Shown here piece after piece: positions 1-15,200 of a stretch of DNA of 64,000 nucleotides. The notes under the pieces are model-generated. The model saw only the letters and a list, made by a program, of their open reading frames with translations. It made no database searches and had not been told where the DNA came from. Numbering within the stretch: the first letter of the stretch is position 1; every line of letters starts with the position of its first letter. The translations under genes and the position numbers were made by a program. Origin of the DNA: Paraspadella gotoi (Eukaryota; Animalia; Chaetognatha); assembly GCA_051294375.1 (NCBI GenBank), contig CM119264.1:20061189-20125188 (forward strand), written 5' to 3'.

Positions 1-2238
1 CAAAAATTAGAAAAGCTATATTTTAAGCTGAAAATTAACTTTTTATATATCAAATATATTTTTTTAAATTTTTAACCCACTTAATGAAAACATTTTTAAA
101 AATGATTTATATTTTCTTTTATCAACTTTTGACGAGGAATTCAAATCGCAATCAAAATTAAGAAAAGCCTATTTTGAATTTTTTCGATTTATTAAGGATA
201 CTGGAAAATTAAAAAAACATAAAATTATTTTTTTTTACAAATTAATGTTCACTGGTGGTATGTTGTTCATAATGACTTTTAGAATTTTTGTATGTAGCTT
301 TCACAACGCCTTACTGTAGGGGTAAGTCTAACTAAAAACCGAAAAATAGTTTTTCAAATAAGAAAAATATTGGAATAGTACAGAAAGCATTATTTCTTTT
401 TATTGTTGCTCAAAAAACTAGGCTTTCCTCGCAAAACCTCTGGTTTCAAGAGATGCAAATGGATTTTTTCTCAACAAATTGATCATTCTTGATCCCAAAA
501 ATGATGCGCAAAAATGTGCCAGCAGCAATTCTGGCGATAGTCATTTTATACATCTTTCCTACTGTATATTAAGGCCTTATAATCATCCATATATGTGAAA
601 CTGATATAATATATATATTATGATCTTAAGATTTATTTTGCCTTTTTTCTGCTTACAACAATTCCTCCTTTGCTAAATATACTTGATACCTATAATTATT
701 ATAATGGGTAATATCTTTATTATAGTCTTTATTTTTAACAAATTTAAAACATAAACCTAAAGAACCATTGTTGATCCACAATATCTGATACTTTAAATAA
801 AATTTTCGGTATCCGTTTTTTCTTTGATTATAAAGAATTAAAACCGAAAAATAATCGACTTAGAATTAGTGTTTCCTTAACCGTTAATTTTTCTACAACG
901 TCAGTTAACCGTTAAAAATCGACTTTTTTAACTGTTAACGGTTAAAATCGGTTAATTTAGATACTTAGCTTATTTGAAAATATAAATGCAAAAAAGAAAA
1001 AAAATTAAAACTTAGTATTCTAATCTTATTTCAATACATAGGATGCACTAATAAAGTAATGAAAGACACTGAATTAATTATAATAAAAATATCAATGATA
1101 GCTGTTAAATTTTAAAAAAGATAGAAGCTCATAATCATTATCTTTAAAAAGCATCAAAAGTTAAAGTTTTGCGTTAAGAGATAAAATTTTCTTTCGCACT
1201 TCTCTGCTTACACTGAGTAGTGCAGAATATATTTTTTCAAAACCTCATTTTTTAAAAACTTTCATAGAGCTTTGTGCTGACTTGTTTTTACTCATCTCAG
1301 CCCACAAAAATTTAAGGATACGGTCTGTTTTAAAGATATATTTTCATTGAAAATCAGTGTGCAACTAGCAATCTTGACAGTTTCCAAAGTAAATAGTCAT
1401 TCATAGCAGGCCAATACAAAAAAATTTTAAAATAACTTGGTTTATGTGGATTTGATCTCCGGACCCACGGCCCACGTTACGAGACACGGCCAATATCGCC
1501 ACTTTATCAGTTAAAGATATTTTTGCTTTAGGTTACTTATCAACTTACTAATGTTAACATTTCATCTTTTGTTTTATTTAAACTAAACAACTACTCCGTC
1601 TAGTAGAAAACAGCTGATCAAAATGTAACTTGATTCATTGGAAATATTTCATTATCAAAATCAAATGAACCAAATAACCAAGGAATCCAATTCGTTATTA
1701 ATTAGTCATTAAGTTATTCTGTAATTAATCTGTTATTAATTAATTAATTAATTTCTCGAATTGAATTGTTTATTATATAGATATTTCTATTGCTTGTTGG
1801 CAAAAGCAGAGGAATATCTATATGCTTTGATTATTTTATTAAGGTTCCCTTTTACATGAAAACCAAGCAAGTTGGTTAAATTAACTTTTAAACAAGCTCA
1901 ACGAACATTTGGTTGATGCCACGAGCGTCAGAGTCGACGCCACTTCCGGTAAAGCTGACGCCATCCACATATATATCACGCTCGTGTATTCAGGTGTTCA
2001 AGTATATGATGAATGAAAAGTAGAGATGAAGATTTAGAAACTTTTATTTATATCAAAATGTCCACATTAAATCCAGTAAAACTCAAGTTCAGGACGGGCG
2101 ATGCTACGTTTAGTAAGTCATTTGGCCGAATGACAGAAATAAACTGAGGCAAACATAATATAAATAATAAATATTGTCTTTCTTTTTGTTGTATAGTAAA
2201 TATTTTTTTAAAAAAGTTGAACTTTTATTTCAAAAAGA

Positions 2239-2281
2239 AACGTACATGTTTCAACTCTTGTTACGAGTGTTCTTCAGCGTT
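2239..2281 (-). ncRNA. Minimal type-I hammerhead ribozyme motif (Penelope-type)
   Basis: Minus strand reads AACG CUGAAGA AC ACUC guaacaa GAGU U GAAAC AU GUA CGUU: core, helix II, palindromic ACAUGU helix III, 4-bp helix I. Confidence 0.7.
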
Positions 2282-2522
2282 AACAAGTTTTTTAAATGGT
2301 ATACAAAATTTGTGCAAAAGAAGGAAGAGAGAGAGAGAGAAGAGGAGAGAGAGAAAAAAAATAGAAACTTTGCCCTCTCTTTATTTTTCTCTCTCAAATC
2401 AAATGTGAATCCAATACTACTATGTATTATGAATTATAAAAAAGCGTTTTCCAAAATTTTGGTTGAATATCCTTGACTGCAGTAAGGAGGCAGTAACGTT
2501 ACTCCAAATTGACGTAAATCAG

Positions 2523-3160
2523 TGGCGTAAATCAAATATTTAAAAGTCAAACTTGGAATTAACAATTAAAGTACACTTCATTAGGCCTAATATAAGGTTT
2601 AAAACCATCGAATGAAAAAAATCAGTATTTTTAAAATTTTTGTGCAATACCCTCCCATGCTCATTTTTTAGTTGCGCCGTGAGTACTCCGGAGCAAGGCG
2701 AAAGTTACTTTTAGTTATTATTATCCTTGGATGTGTGGGTCAATCATGCGACAGTGTGGCTATCAAGTTCAAATTAGTTTTTACGTCATTTTTTTGAATT
2801 TTGCCGTTCGGACGATCATTGGCAGTATAGATCGTGTTTGTTGGCGTAAATCAAATATTTAAAAGTCAAACTTGGAATTAACAATTAAAGTACACTTCAT
2901 TAGGCCTAATATAAGGTTTAAAACCATCGAATGAAAAAAAATCAGTATTTTTAAAATTTTTGTGCAATACCCTACCCATGCTCATTTTTTAGTTGCGCCG
3001 TGAGTACTCACGGAGCAAGGCGAAAGTTACTTTTAGTTATTATTATCCTTGGATGTGTGGGTCAATCATGCGACAGTGTGGCTATCAAGTTCAAATTAGT
3101 TTTTACGTCATTTTTTTGAATTTCGCCGTTCGGACGATCATTGGCAGTAGAGATCGTGTT
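2523..3160. repeat. Tandem duplication, ~320-bp unit x2
   Basis: 2523-2840 is nearly identical to 2842-3161. Confidence 0.9.
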
Positions 3161-3221
3161 TGTTCAAACTTGTTATTATTGCATATATAGCATAAATTAA
3201 CCAAATTATTTTTTATAACAG

Positions 3222-3891
3222 GATATGACGGCGGAAGCTCAGTTCAAGGATATGTGATTGAAAAAAGAGCTGCTGATGATTCCACATGGATTAAGGTAAT
3301 CAATGATTTCGAGAAATTAATCTTTCATCTTCTGTTTACATTTTTTTTTCGCAGGTGCGGTTTGTTATTTCAGATGTTACCATATGTGTGTGTGAAGGGC
3401 TGCAGGAAGGCATTGAATACTACTTCCGTGTTCGGGCCGTAAATTCCATCGGTCATGGTGATGCACTCACGTCGCCGCTCCCGGTCATCCCCAAAAATCC
3501 CCCAAAAGTTCCGCTTCCTCCAAACAATTTAGAAGCAATTAAAATTACTCCTAACAGCGCAACACTACTCTTCGAACCACCATTTAATGATGGCGGATCA
3601 ATGATTACTCATTATGTCATGGAGATGAAGGCTGTGAATAAAGTAAATTCATATGATTTTGTTAATTATTTATTCGGAATATTAAGAGCTTTAATATACT
3701 TACATAGGAATGGGAAGAATGCGGTACTACTGACAATGTTGACTTGAAAATTTCAATTGGAAGATTGAAAGAAGGTCGACCTTATTTGTTTCGAGTCAAA
3801 GCAGTGAATGCGGTGGGCCAGTCATTCCATTGTGATATATCTAGGCCAGTTATTCCACGTAGGCCCTTGGAACCCCCAGCGCCTCCTAGAG
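3222..3891 (+). CDS. FN3 gene exons 3222-3295, 3355-3642, 3708-3891
   Basis: Translate YDGGSSVQGYVIEKR..W / ..YYFRVRAVNSIG..NDGGSMITHYVME / EWEEC..YLFRVKAVNAVG; short canonical introns. Confidence 0.92.
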
Positions 3892-6204
3892 GTAAGCATA
3901 TCGTAATTCGTTGTTCCCCCTCTCTTCCAAATTGTCAAAATCTTGATAATAAAGCGCTTATTCAATAATTATCAGTTATTAAACATCAATGATGTCATTA
4001 TGTGTTTTGCGACAATTTTTTACCCGATGAGTTCATTTTTTATTAAGTGATTCAAGACATGATTTAAACTGTTGTTCAGATTCATGACGTTATTATAATT
4101 TATGACCTTAAAGGCTTAAACCATTCTAATCCATGAAGTAATTTTTACTCTTGACCTAATTTCAACCTTCAATAATTCCGACTAGTGAAGCATTTTTAAA
4201 TATTTTGTATTTATTTTGTATGTAAATATGATTTAAGTAAGTAGATTTCACCCGAGTCGCGGATCCGATTCTGTTTTTCGTTCTGATTCCATCTGCGATG
4301 ATATTTTCAATTCACGACTACAGACTAGACTCGGCCAATTTTTTTAAATAACAAATATCTTTAGAATTTTTCATCAGTGAGCAATCAATCAATAAATCGA
4401 TCATTCAAAAAATTATTCAATTATGTTGAGGCGACTTATGATCGGTCTCTCTCTCTCTAAACCCTTCCTCTCTCCTTTTCCTTCGCGCCGGTTAATCCCC
4501 AATCCCTCGTCTCACTTCTTTTCTACTTCTCTTACATCGTCACAAGCCCTCATCTTTTTTCCTACCTTTATTATAATGTTATAATTTTAATGTTCATGAT
4601 CGGAATTTATGAGACTATCGATCGAAAATCAGGGTTTACGAAAGTCAGTGAGAGAGAAAAAGAGAAAAGAGAGAAAAAGAGAAAAGAGAGAAAAAGAGAA
4701 GGAAAAAAAGAAATAACGAAAGAAAAGAAAGAAAGAAAGAAAAAAAAAAGAGAAACATCATCGCAGGAGTATCTAGTAACCAAAAGCAAATCGTATCGGA
4801 GACTTGGGCTATCTCCGCGGAAATGGACTCAGAATAATAATAATAATAATCAGAATAATAATAATAATAATAAGTCAGTAGGAATTACAACATGCTCTCT
4901 CGATTTGACATGAGTTGAAAACCAGAAAATATAAGAGCTCTCTCTCTCTTCTTTATTTAATTCTTTCTTTCTTTCTTTCTTTCTTTGTTTCTTTCTTTCT
5001 TTTTCTCTCTTCCCTCTTACAAGATAATGACATAGTCCTTGCAAGCTTTCAAACAAAACTCCATCACAGTCTTGTTTATTCACTCCCAGAGTTTCTGGCT
5101 TCCCTATCAATGAAGTGGTATAATGTTTCAAAGAATGTATGAAAAGACCGGGGAAGATCAGGGAATACTTTATTGTACTCCGCCCAGCATCAAAATACAA
5201 GGACTTATATATGAATTTCAAACTGTCTATAAAAATATTGCGTGCAGACGCGATTTTGTGATTTAGAAAAAAAAAATGTTTTTGATTGAATGAATTTTTA
5301 TTTAAAATTAGGACATGTTTCGACTCTTGTTCGAGCCTTCATCAGCTCATTTGTGAAACATCATTTGTGAAACATTAAAAATTTTTGACAATAATGAAAG
5401 AGAGTAAGAGACTAAAGAGAGAGAGTCCGAATTTTAAAAACATAAAAATTCATTTGCCGAATCAAAAACAACTTTTTTCTACAAACTTGTGTTTCATTGA
5501 ATAGGAATGAACTTCATTAAGATGTTAGATCGCTAATATCTATTAATTCATTACTAGCGTTACTACGTCATTATTTTTTTAACTAATCAGGTCCCCTAAG
5601 AATAAAAAAATTTGACAAAACATTCATGAGCATTGAATGGAGTCGACCATTGTTTGACGGCGGAGAAACTGTCACTGGTTATTCTCTTGAAATTAGAGAT
5701 GCATCACGAATTGACTGGGTAACCTTTTAATAATAATTTGTATGTTTGACAAATGATGAATTAAAAATTTTAGCTCATTTTTCTTTCATCGTTTTTTTAG
5801 GTTCATGTCGCTGACTTTGATGCAAATGTATTTTCTCATACGATAACCGGACTTATAGCTGGGCAGAGCTATTACGTAAATGTTCGGGCAAGAAATTCAG
5901 TTGGTCTTGGATCTCCTTTAGAAATGGATCGACCACATTTGGCGAGAAGTCCATTTAGTAAACCAGGTAGAGTATTATTAAAACAGATGTTTTGCGGTTA
6001 AATATTTCAATCGGCCATTCTACCTCTGAGTAGTATTTCGAGAACAAAGACTAATTTTAATGGTAAATTATTTTTAAGCCACCACTAAATTTTAGATTGG
6101 TTGTTTGTTTTTTAAATTTTTATCATGATTAGATGTTGTAAATGCGTATTAAGCATTTTGTAGTGGGATTCATGTAAAAGCGCATATTTCTACTCCAACA
6201 AACA

Positions 6205-6246
<42 letters not shown>

Positions 6247-9200
6247 TAATATTAATTTATAATCAGGATTGTTTGATGGTGGTTTGTATCTGTTGAATTT
6301 ATCGATGTTTTTGTTTCTGATTAGGAAAACCGAAGGGACCTATCCGGGTTTTAGATTGTAACAAATCGACTGTTACTATTGCCTGGGACCACCCTGATGA
6401 CGATGGCGGAAGTGCAATTATGAATTATCATATAGAAAGACGTGAAGCTAATTTGGTTACCTGGGTACCAGTTATGTCTGTTCGTGGATCTATTACGAAT
6501 GCTATTGTGGATCTCTGTCCAATTGATCCAGTACCTTGCCACTTAACAGAACATAAGCAGGTAAAAAGGTTCCCATTAAGTTTAAAATAAACTGTCATAA
6601 TTAAGTTTAAATCAGTTTAAATTTAATTATTATTATTATTATTCTGAAAATGGATTACTTTTCATTAAGTTATCTCTATATAATTCTTGTATTTTTTTAA
6701 CAGTATGTTCTTGCGGTATACTCAGAAAATCTAGAAGGCAGAGGGGAGCCTTTGCTTAGTCATGCAATTACTCCACGAAGAAAGCCAGGTGAATGTCAAC
6801 CCGAGGATCACGCGCATCACATATATCATGACCATTCTCCAACACATTTTCTCTAAATCTGATTATTTTTCAATGGTTGTAAAACTCGAACCAAAGCAAT
6901 AAAAATTTCGTATTATAAAAGTTCCAAGTGTCAGCCAAAATTTTTTATATTTAAGAAATTTTGAATATTGGCTACACATGTAAAATTTTACATAGTAGAA
7001 TTCCGACAAATTACCTTTATGTTTATTAGATTTAAAAAATACATATTTCAGATTTTATGAAACTTCTAATAGTATGTGTTGTCTTTGGTTGAGTGAAAAA
7101 TGTAATTTGTTATTTGCACACGTTTTTATTAAAAATAATGACTTATTGAAACAAAGTGTTTTAAATTCTTATTACTGATTCTTTATCTTATTTAAAACGT
7201 ATTTGAGATTATTAGCTATCAATACTGAGGCGACTTTAAACACAAACAACAGTCTTTTTTTTTTGCACAGTTTGGTTAATCATAATAAGGGTAATTAGGC
7301 AAACTTTGAAAAACATTTCTAAAGATTCTCTTAAATATTTTACCCCTGCACTTTTAATTTTAAGCATATTTTTTCTCTTTTTTGCCAGATTGTTTGTGAG
7401 AGGCAACAATTTAAAACCGGCCGATGAAAAAAAATCGCTATTAAAAAACCTGTGATAGTTTTTTTTTTTTTTTTTTTGAAACAACAATTTTGCAGTACGG
7501 ACTGAGGTATTTTGTTTGTACAATTTTAAATGGCTAAGTTAGATTTACGTTTGTTACTAACAAAATATCAATAATTTGTTTCTAACAAAATATCAATAAT
7601 TACTAAGTTCTATTCGAAAAATATTAAATATATATACGTAGGTTTTTGAACGATCGAATTTTTAGATCGGCGGCTTTCAAATTGTTCAATAGATGAAGAG
7701 TTAAAAAAATCGATAAAAAATAGGGTCACTACAATGAAATGATTTTTTGATTCGATATGACTATTACGATTATCTTAATACAGAAAAAGAAAATATAGAA
7801 AACATCCTACCGTTATAAGAATTATTAAACACTAAAATAATATGAATTTAAGCTAGATTTTGAATAATTTTTAACTAATAACAATTCATTAATTTACGTT
7901 TTATCTGTGAATGGCAGAGCCTCCTGGGGAACCATTAAGTGTTGGCATATGGAAAAGAACAAAAGATTCTGTTACTTTAGACTGGCTCTTTCCAGTAGAT
8001 AATGGAGGTTCCCCTATTATAGAGTATGAAATTGAAATGAAGGATGCGGCTACCGATATTTGGAAATTTCATGGGAGTATTCCTGCAGCTGATCAAGGCC
8101 CCCATTGCGCGTGTCCTCATACATTAGCGTCCACTACGTATACTGTAACCCAATTAAAACAAGATCACCAGTATTTGTTTCGAGTCTTTGCAAAAAATGT
8201 GATAGGCCGCAGCAAACCTGCGGAAACATCTTCATTGGCAGCTCCTAAAAAACCCGAAGGTCAGTTACGTTAACTGCACAAAATAACGCAGAATAAATAT
8301 TTGCATGAAACCTGTCATTTACCAAGTTGTGATGTGGTTAAGCATTTATCGTAACTACAAGTCGGGGCAAAAATGTAATCTGTTTTTGATATATTTTGAT
8401 TTCATTCATGCCTTGTTTTTAAATTTGCGCTAATACATTTACAAAATATTATAATTTGTAATAATATGGTTAGTTAAAGAATATACTTATTAATACAAAG
8501 CTCCTCGTCAACTTCGTAGCTCTTTTTTTGCATTTGATTCTGAGATTTTCCTCGTATGATATGGCGAGTTATTTTTGATTGTGTTGGGGGATCACCAATT
8601 TGTAACTTTGCCATTGATGTATTTTTATAACATTTTTTGGTAATATAATTCATTTGTTAATTTTTTATGGCTTATTTAATAGATAATAGCTAGTCAATTG
8701 AACTGCATGCAAGGCGTGGTCTATTTATTTGCTTTTCTCGCTTTACTAGAAACATATTGCATGAACATTGAACAAGAAAGTGCACGAAATGTTTAAAACC
8801 AATTAGGTTTTAAAAAAAACCGAACTTTCGTAATGTTTGTGGAATTCCAAAATATTTTCAGTTGCGCAGAGAATACAAAAAAGTAATTCTATAAGTCACT
8901 TTTCGGTTGGTCTGTCTGTCAGTCGAACCGACCTAATTATGTTTCAGTTTCAAATATTAATAACTCAGGAAATACTACATGTACTATGAGATGAATATTT
9001 AGTCGGGCATTGCGACAAGTTCACACGTGTGGCAAATAAACGAGGTGAGGTTCAGATCGAAAATGATTTATTCTCCAACAAATAATACTAAGTCTAAAAA
9101 AGTCTAAAACCATAAACAATAAACTTCACAGAGAGACCGGCTGAGGACAGCCGGTAGAGAGTGGTGGTAACCGGTGATCGGCCAGTGGTTGAGAGGGAGA

Positions 9201-12200
9201 GAGATGAACAGATGAGGTCGCGTGTTGCTGCTGCCACACCCCGCCTATAAGCCCTCAATCGTGACCCGGTAGCTCATTGAGGAATACAATCAGTTCATGT
9301 GACCGAGATACATTCACAATGGTACTTACGTTGCGGGAATCGTGAGGACGCCCGTAAACCGCCTTGGGCATAGAAAACCCTCAACTTTGGCTCAAGTTTG
9401 GTTTTATGCTTAGGTCCCGTTCGATGGCTGCTAGAGCGGGTAAAAGAGTTGTGGAATGCGGATAGCCCTTTAGCCCTTTATCAACAATGGTAATTAATTA
9501 ATGAAGCGATTTTTATGCATAATTTTTCATACTTAATAGCTTATACTTTTTACTACTTGTCCTATAGTGACTTTCGATTTCCTTGTGTTTAAAATTGTAT
9601 AACAAACAATTTTTTTTGTTTTCAAACAATGAGTTATTATTAAATACCAGGATGGAAAAAAAATTGTCGCGGTTTGAATTTTTTCCATAGCACGTTTTTG
9701 AGAAAATTTAATTTAAAAAAATTCATAAATTAAAAAAAAAAATTTAAACAAAATTTATGTATTTAAGACAAGTAAGTAAAATTAGATATTCATCCTGATG
9801 TATTTTTCAAGACCTTTCAGATAAACCTATTTTCATCATTGTAAGATGATTCATTCACGAGATAATAGACTTACAAGTAATATTTTCATATTTTTAGTCG
9901 GATCTGCTTTCAGCAGATCCCGACTCTATAATTCACTTTGTCGGTCCGTCGGTCCACCCCCTCAATCTTGTCGGGCATTCACTTATATCATGTCAGAACA
10001 TCGTGTCGGTAACGTGACCTGTGACCCTCAATGGATGACGGATAGAGAGCTGAACTATGCATAGTCTGTCTAATTAGTTTTTGAAGTTACATGAAATAAT
10101 TGTAGATTGCCAAAGTTGTATTAGTTAATAAAACAGTTGACAAAATATTGCATCTTACTCCCTTGAGATCTAAAAATGGAATGTACTAAAATCTCGGCCT
10201 CCCTCTCGTCTCTCTTCCTTTGTTTATTCTACTTAGACAAAATGTTTACAAAATAAAATAAGCGCCGAGTTCCTGGGAATCTATGAAATATTAAACTTTG
10301 GAACTGAAAAAATTTAGAGAGATAAAATTTGAACGAAAGTTAATTACAAAATTGGAGGCTAATTAAAATATAACTAACAATCGAATTATGATAAATTATG
10401 CAAAAAAAACGATGTCCGTCCCACCTTAGCAAAAAACACCAATTACTCGTGATTGGATGGATGGATTTGAATGAAATTTTGTGTGTGGGTAGGGAAGTGT
10501 GTGATTGAGCTGGATATGAAGTTTCGATGGAATCGTCCGAGTGGAAATGAGTTTAAATGGAAAAAACAAAAAAATATATTTCACTATTTGAACATTTATT
10601 CATGAGTGGATGGGGTGATTGACTTGAAATTTTGTATTTGGGTAGAAAAGTGTGTGATTAAACTGGAAATCAAGTTTCGATGGAATCGTTTGAGTGGAAA
10701 TGAGTTTAAATGGAAAAAACAAAGAACCTGTTTCACTAATTGATTATGCTTCTTTTTCTTTTTTTTTTTAAATGTAAATGCAAGATGTATTAATTACTCA
10801 AATAATTAATTAGTTAATTAATCAATTAGTAAATTAATCAATCAAAACAAACATTTTGGATCAAATTAATTGCATAATTGCATAATTAATTAAATAATTA
10901 ACTTGAATAAATTAATTATTAATTAATTAAATAATTAATTATTAATTAATTTATTAAAAAATTGGATTAATTAATTAATTAATTACCGATAATGATCGTG
11001 GGCAGATCCGACATTGTTTGCTCAAACATGTTTTATTATATATTTCTTTTCTAATCATTTATTTTTATTAGCATTAAGTCATCTCTACTCCTGCTTGTAA
11101 AAAATACAATGAAATGGTTTAAAGCATTTTTGTAATTAAAATAAATAAGGAAAAATGAAAAAAAAAAAATATTTAAACACTTTTACTAATATTAGTTATT
11201 CCATCTATATTTAGACCAAGTAAGTAAAATTAGGTATTTATCATGATCGTAATTTATATTTCAAGAGCTTTCAGAGGAACCCATTTTCATCACTGAAAGA
11301 TGATTCATTCATGACTCATGAGATAATAAACTTAAAAGTTATATTATTTTTTTAGTTTCAACCAATCTTATCTTCGTCCCTGTCCTTACCTTCACCTGTC
11401 CTCACATCTGACCACTGTCCTTTCTAAATTCTTTGTTGGAATCTCCCTCCTCTCTTTCTCTCTCTCTCTCTCTCACTCTCAAAGCTAATTTTAAAGAGAG
11501 AAAATTGTTGATTATTAAAAATCGCTGAAGAAGACTCTTAATAAAGAGTTGAAACTTGTCCGACTTATATCCAATAATAAATCGTTGTTGACCTTAAAAA
11601 CTGTTTTTCCTAATTTATTATTTTTTTATATTAAATTAAATTCTTTTTCTATCTCTTTCATTTTCTTTTCCCCTAGCCTTTTTTTCTTTCTCTCCCACAC
11701 TCTTTTTTTTCCAACACAGAGTTGAGACAGAATAGTGGTCAGTTGGTGAGGACAGGCTTAAGAGAGAACAGAATGAGATTTTAGTTTTGAATAAGAAATG
11801 AAATAGTCAAGGAAAGAGAGAGAGAGAGACTGCCCGCCGTTCTCTGCGTGAGCAATTGGTGAAACCGAAAGATAAAATCCCCAGACCGAAAACATCATGA
11901 GTCTACTGGACGGCCTGTGTGGGGCCGGGCAACCAACCCTTCACAGCAGCATACGTGGGCGAGACCTCCCTCCAAGCTATGATTCGCTTATCAAAGGCCC
12001 CGCCACCACCACGTCCACACAATGATTCCCCCGTCTCCACTCAACGAGACAAGCGGAAACCCTTGCGCAGGCAATGGGCAGGCGATACCTCTCCCTCGAA
12101 TGTAGCAACCTCTGGTTAAAACTCGGCTGAATAAAATATATGCTAGATGGCGTCTGAAATTATGCCAGAAATGGCTAAAATTTTTAATCAATGTGCTAAA

Positions 12201-15200
12201 AATTATGCTATATTTTTTTTATAATTTGCGTACACAATGTGTATGAAAGAAAAAAATAATTAATGTAATAATAAATGTCGTTTTGACTTTATTATTATTT
12301 CAAAGAAAGCCGAAATATTTAATACATTGTATTGAAACTAAAAAAAACAAACAAAAAACAAACAAAATCGCACTCGAATAATTTTTTTCTTATAATAGAT
12401 ACCTCATAGGAGAGCTAATTTTAATTATTTTTTTTATATATTTTTATGCCAGTCCCTGGAGGATGATGTCAATAATCACTTGCAAAAAAACATTTTAAAA
12501 TTCCTACAATAGTTTCCAAGATATGGTCATAAACATAAGCCTTAAAAGACAAAATTTATCAGAATAAAATTTTCAAGTTTTTCTTTAGAAAGATTTCTGA
12601 CGCGCTAGTACTAACTATTTAAAAAAATAGAAAACGTTTTGCTGATTTCTTCAAGCATTTACCATAAATAAGTTATACGATGGGTACAACTGAAAGTGAT
12701 ATGTCTCTAGATGACGAAAAATTTTTCTTCAAGTTTTATATTAAAATTTAAGTATTATAACAATAGGATTAAGTGAGATACAAAGATTTGTACTGCTTAG
12801 TTCAAAACTTCAAATCCTTAGTTCTTTAATGGTAAAACAAGTTTGAGCCAACAATGTCGGATCTCCCACGATTATTATCGGTAATTAATTCATTAATAAT
12901 TAAATAATTCAAGTTAATTAATTAATGAGGCAATTAATTAATTAATTTGATCCCAAATGTTTGTTTTTAGGTCTTTTCACCACGACAAAAGCAATGACGA
13001 CGATGAGAATAATGTCGATAACAATTGACTTGATTGATTGACTGATTAATTAATTATTGATTAATTAATTGACTAATTGATTAACTAATTGATTAATTAT
13101 CTGATTTATTAATACATCCTGCTTTTAAATTTAATATAAAAGGAAAAAGAAGCATAATCAATTAGTGAAACAGGTTTTTTGTTTTTTCCATTTAAACTCA
13201 TTTCCACTCAAACGATTCCATCAAAACTTGATTTCCACTTTAATCACACACCTTTCTACCCAAATACAAAATTTCAAGTCAATCGCCCGATCCACTCATG
13301 AGTAATTGGTGTTCAAATAGTGAAATATATTTTTTTGTTTTTTCCATTTAAACTCATTTCCACTCAGACGATTCCATCGAAACTTCATATCCAGCTCAAT
13401 CACACACTTCCCTACCCAAACACAAAATTTCATTCCAATTCATCCATCCAATCACGAGTAATTGGTGTTTTTTGCTAAGGTGGGACGGATGGACATGGGA
13501 CATCTTTCTAAAATATTTTTATTATATTTTATCCATAATTATTTACACAGCTTTTGTTTAAATTAGAGTTAAAAGTATAACAGTTTTTTGCAATAAAAAT
13601 TTCAATGAAGGCATATGAAATTTTTTATTTTTCTTTTGTAATTTGAAAAGGAAAGACTGAATTACATTTTGATTACCATTAAATTTTCTCTACTGCATAA
13701 ATTTGCTTGTATTTTTCAGTTAAAGTAAAAAACAAGCACAAATTGTTGTAATAGCTTGATAAAATGTTAGAGGGTGATTGTTGTGGGCGATGCCGGCGGA
13801 CGCCGGCCGGGCTTGAGAAGCACGAGACCCTCTAACGTATGAACTACAATGTCAGTTAACCACACGGCGGCACGGTCGACCACAATGTTGCCCACAGTAT
13901 AGGATCTGCGAATATGAATACACAAGAGACGGGGACGCCAACTAGATTAGGACACACACTCGAACACGTACTTTCTATGATAATTAATACACGATGCTCA
14001 CAGGGCTGAAAGGGAAAACAATAATATAAATAGACATGAATCAAATAGACAATGTTTAATAATAACATGCATCGGCAAGTTCAGAGTCTTTGAGATTGTC
14101 CATGATATTGTCTCCAACAAAAATGTCTTTTTAAATATTAAAAATGATAAATATAAAAATGTTTTCAGCTTGATATAAACAGTCTGGATGTCTACCTTCT
14201 TCTCTGTGAAAAAAAATCGTCCTTTTTCATTATCTTTAACTGCAAACAAAACGCTTGACACTCTGCTTGTTTATCATAATAAAATTTTAAAAAATTATAT
14301 AGCTGGCGACATATTTGACAAAGCAAGACATTATTGTGTTTATTTGTATGGATAATTTTCTTTTAAATATAACAACCTTTATACTAGGATTTTAATTCGA
14401 TTATCTATCATCCATTTTAATTAAGAAAAAGAATTTCGCGGAATAGCCCATTGGAAAGGGTTCATTGAATGACTTAATGATCGAATTTTTTAGGTTTCTT
14501 TACTGCCCCCATTTTACAAGACATAATAGGTAATGATTGCCTATACAAGTAATTTATTTTTACCTGAGATAAAAAATATTATTGAATTTTGAATGGATTG
14601 GAAAAAGAAAGGACAAAGCTTGCCCAATACTTATTGCCCATTGCTTTAAAACCAAAGATAATTAATAATTTGTTAGATTATCAAAATAATAAAATATAAT
14701 CAAAATATAACTCAGAGAAATAGATAGGTTACTTTTTGTTGCATTTAAAATTAATTTTATAAAAATTAGAACAATAAAAACATTTATATGTTGAAAACCT
14801 TACTTCCGGTTAAGGCCACGCCCCAATATAACGATATTTTTTCGAATTAATAAAACAAAACTAGCTACTGGTGTTTTTTAACTAATAATGGTGAAAAATT
14901 CTTAAGTTTTAGCATATTAAAACTCTTTCTTTAAAAATTATTATCATTTTTCGTCAAATTATTTTTGCTTCAGTACTAGTTCACTTTGACGCTCTATTGG
15001 GTTTATTAGCAAAAACATTTTTTGGTCAAACAGGCTTTTAAAATGAATTTAAGACAAGAAATAATGGGAAACCGGACCGAGTGAGAACTATGTATGGGGT
15101 TTTTTCAGGCTGGGGAACTCTATTGTACATGAATTTTTTAAAAATTATTTTTCTTTAAATCTTTTTTTCAATTAAATTTTCTCAAAAACGTTCTTTGGAA

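Noticed and set aside
1445-1503. Possible tRNA gene on the minus strand
   Set aside because: Only A/B-box-like words, no full cloverleaf; at most a decayed SINE head
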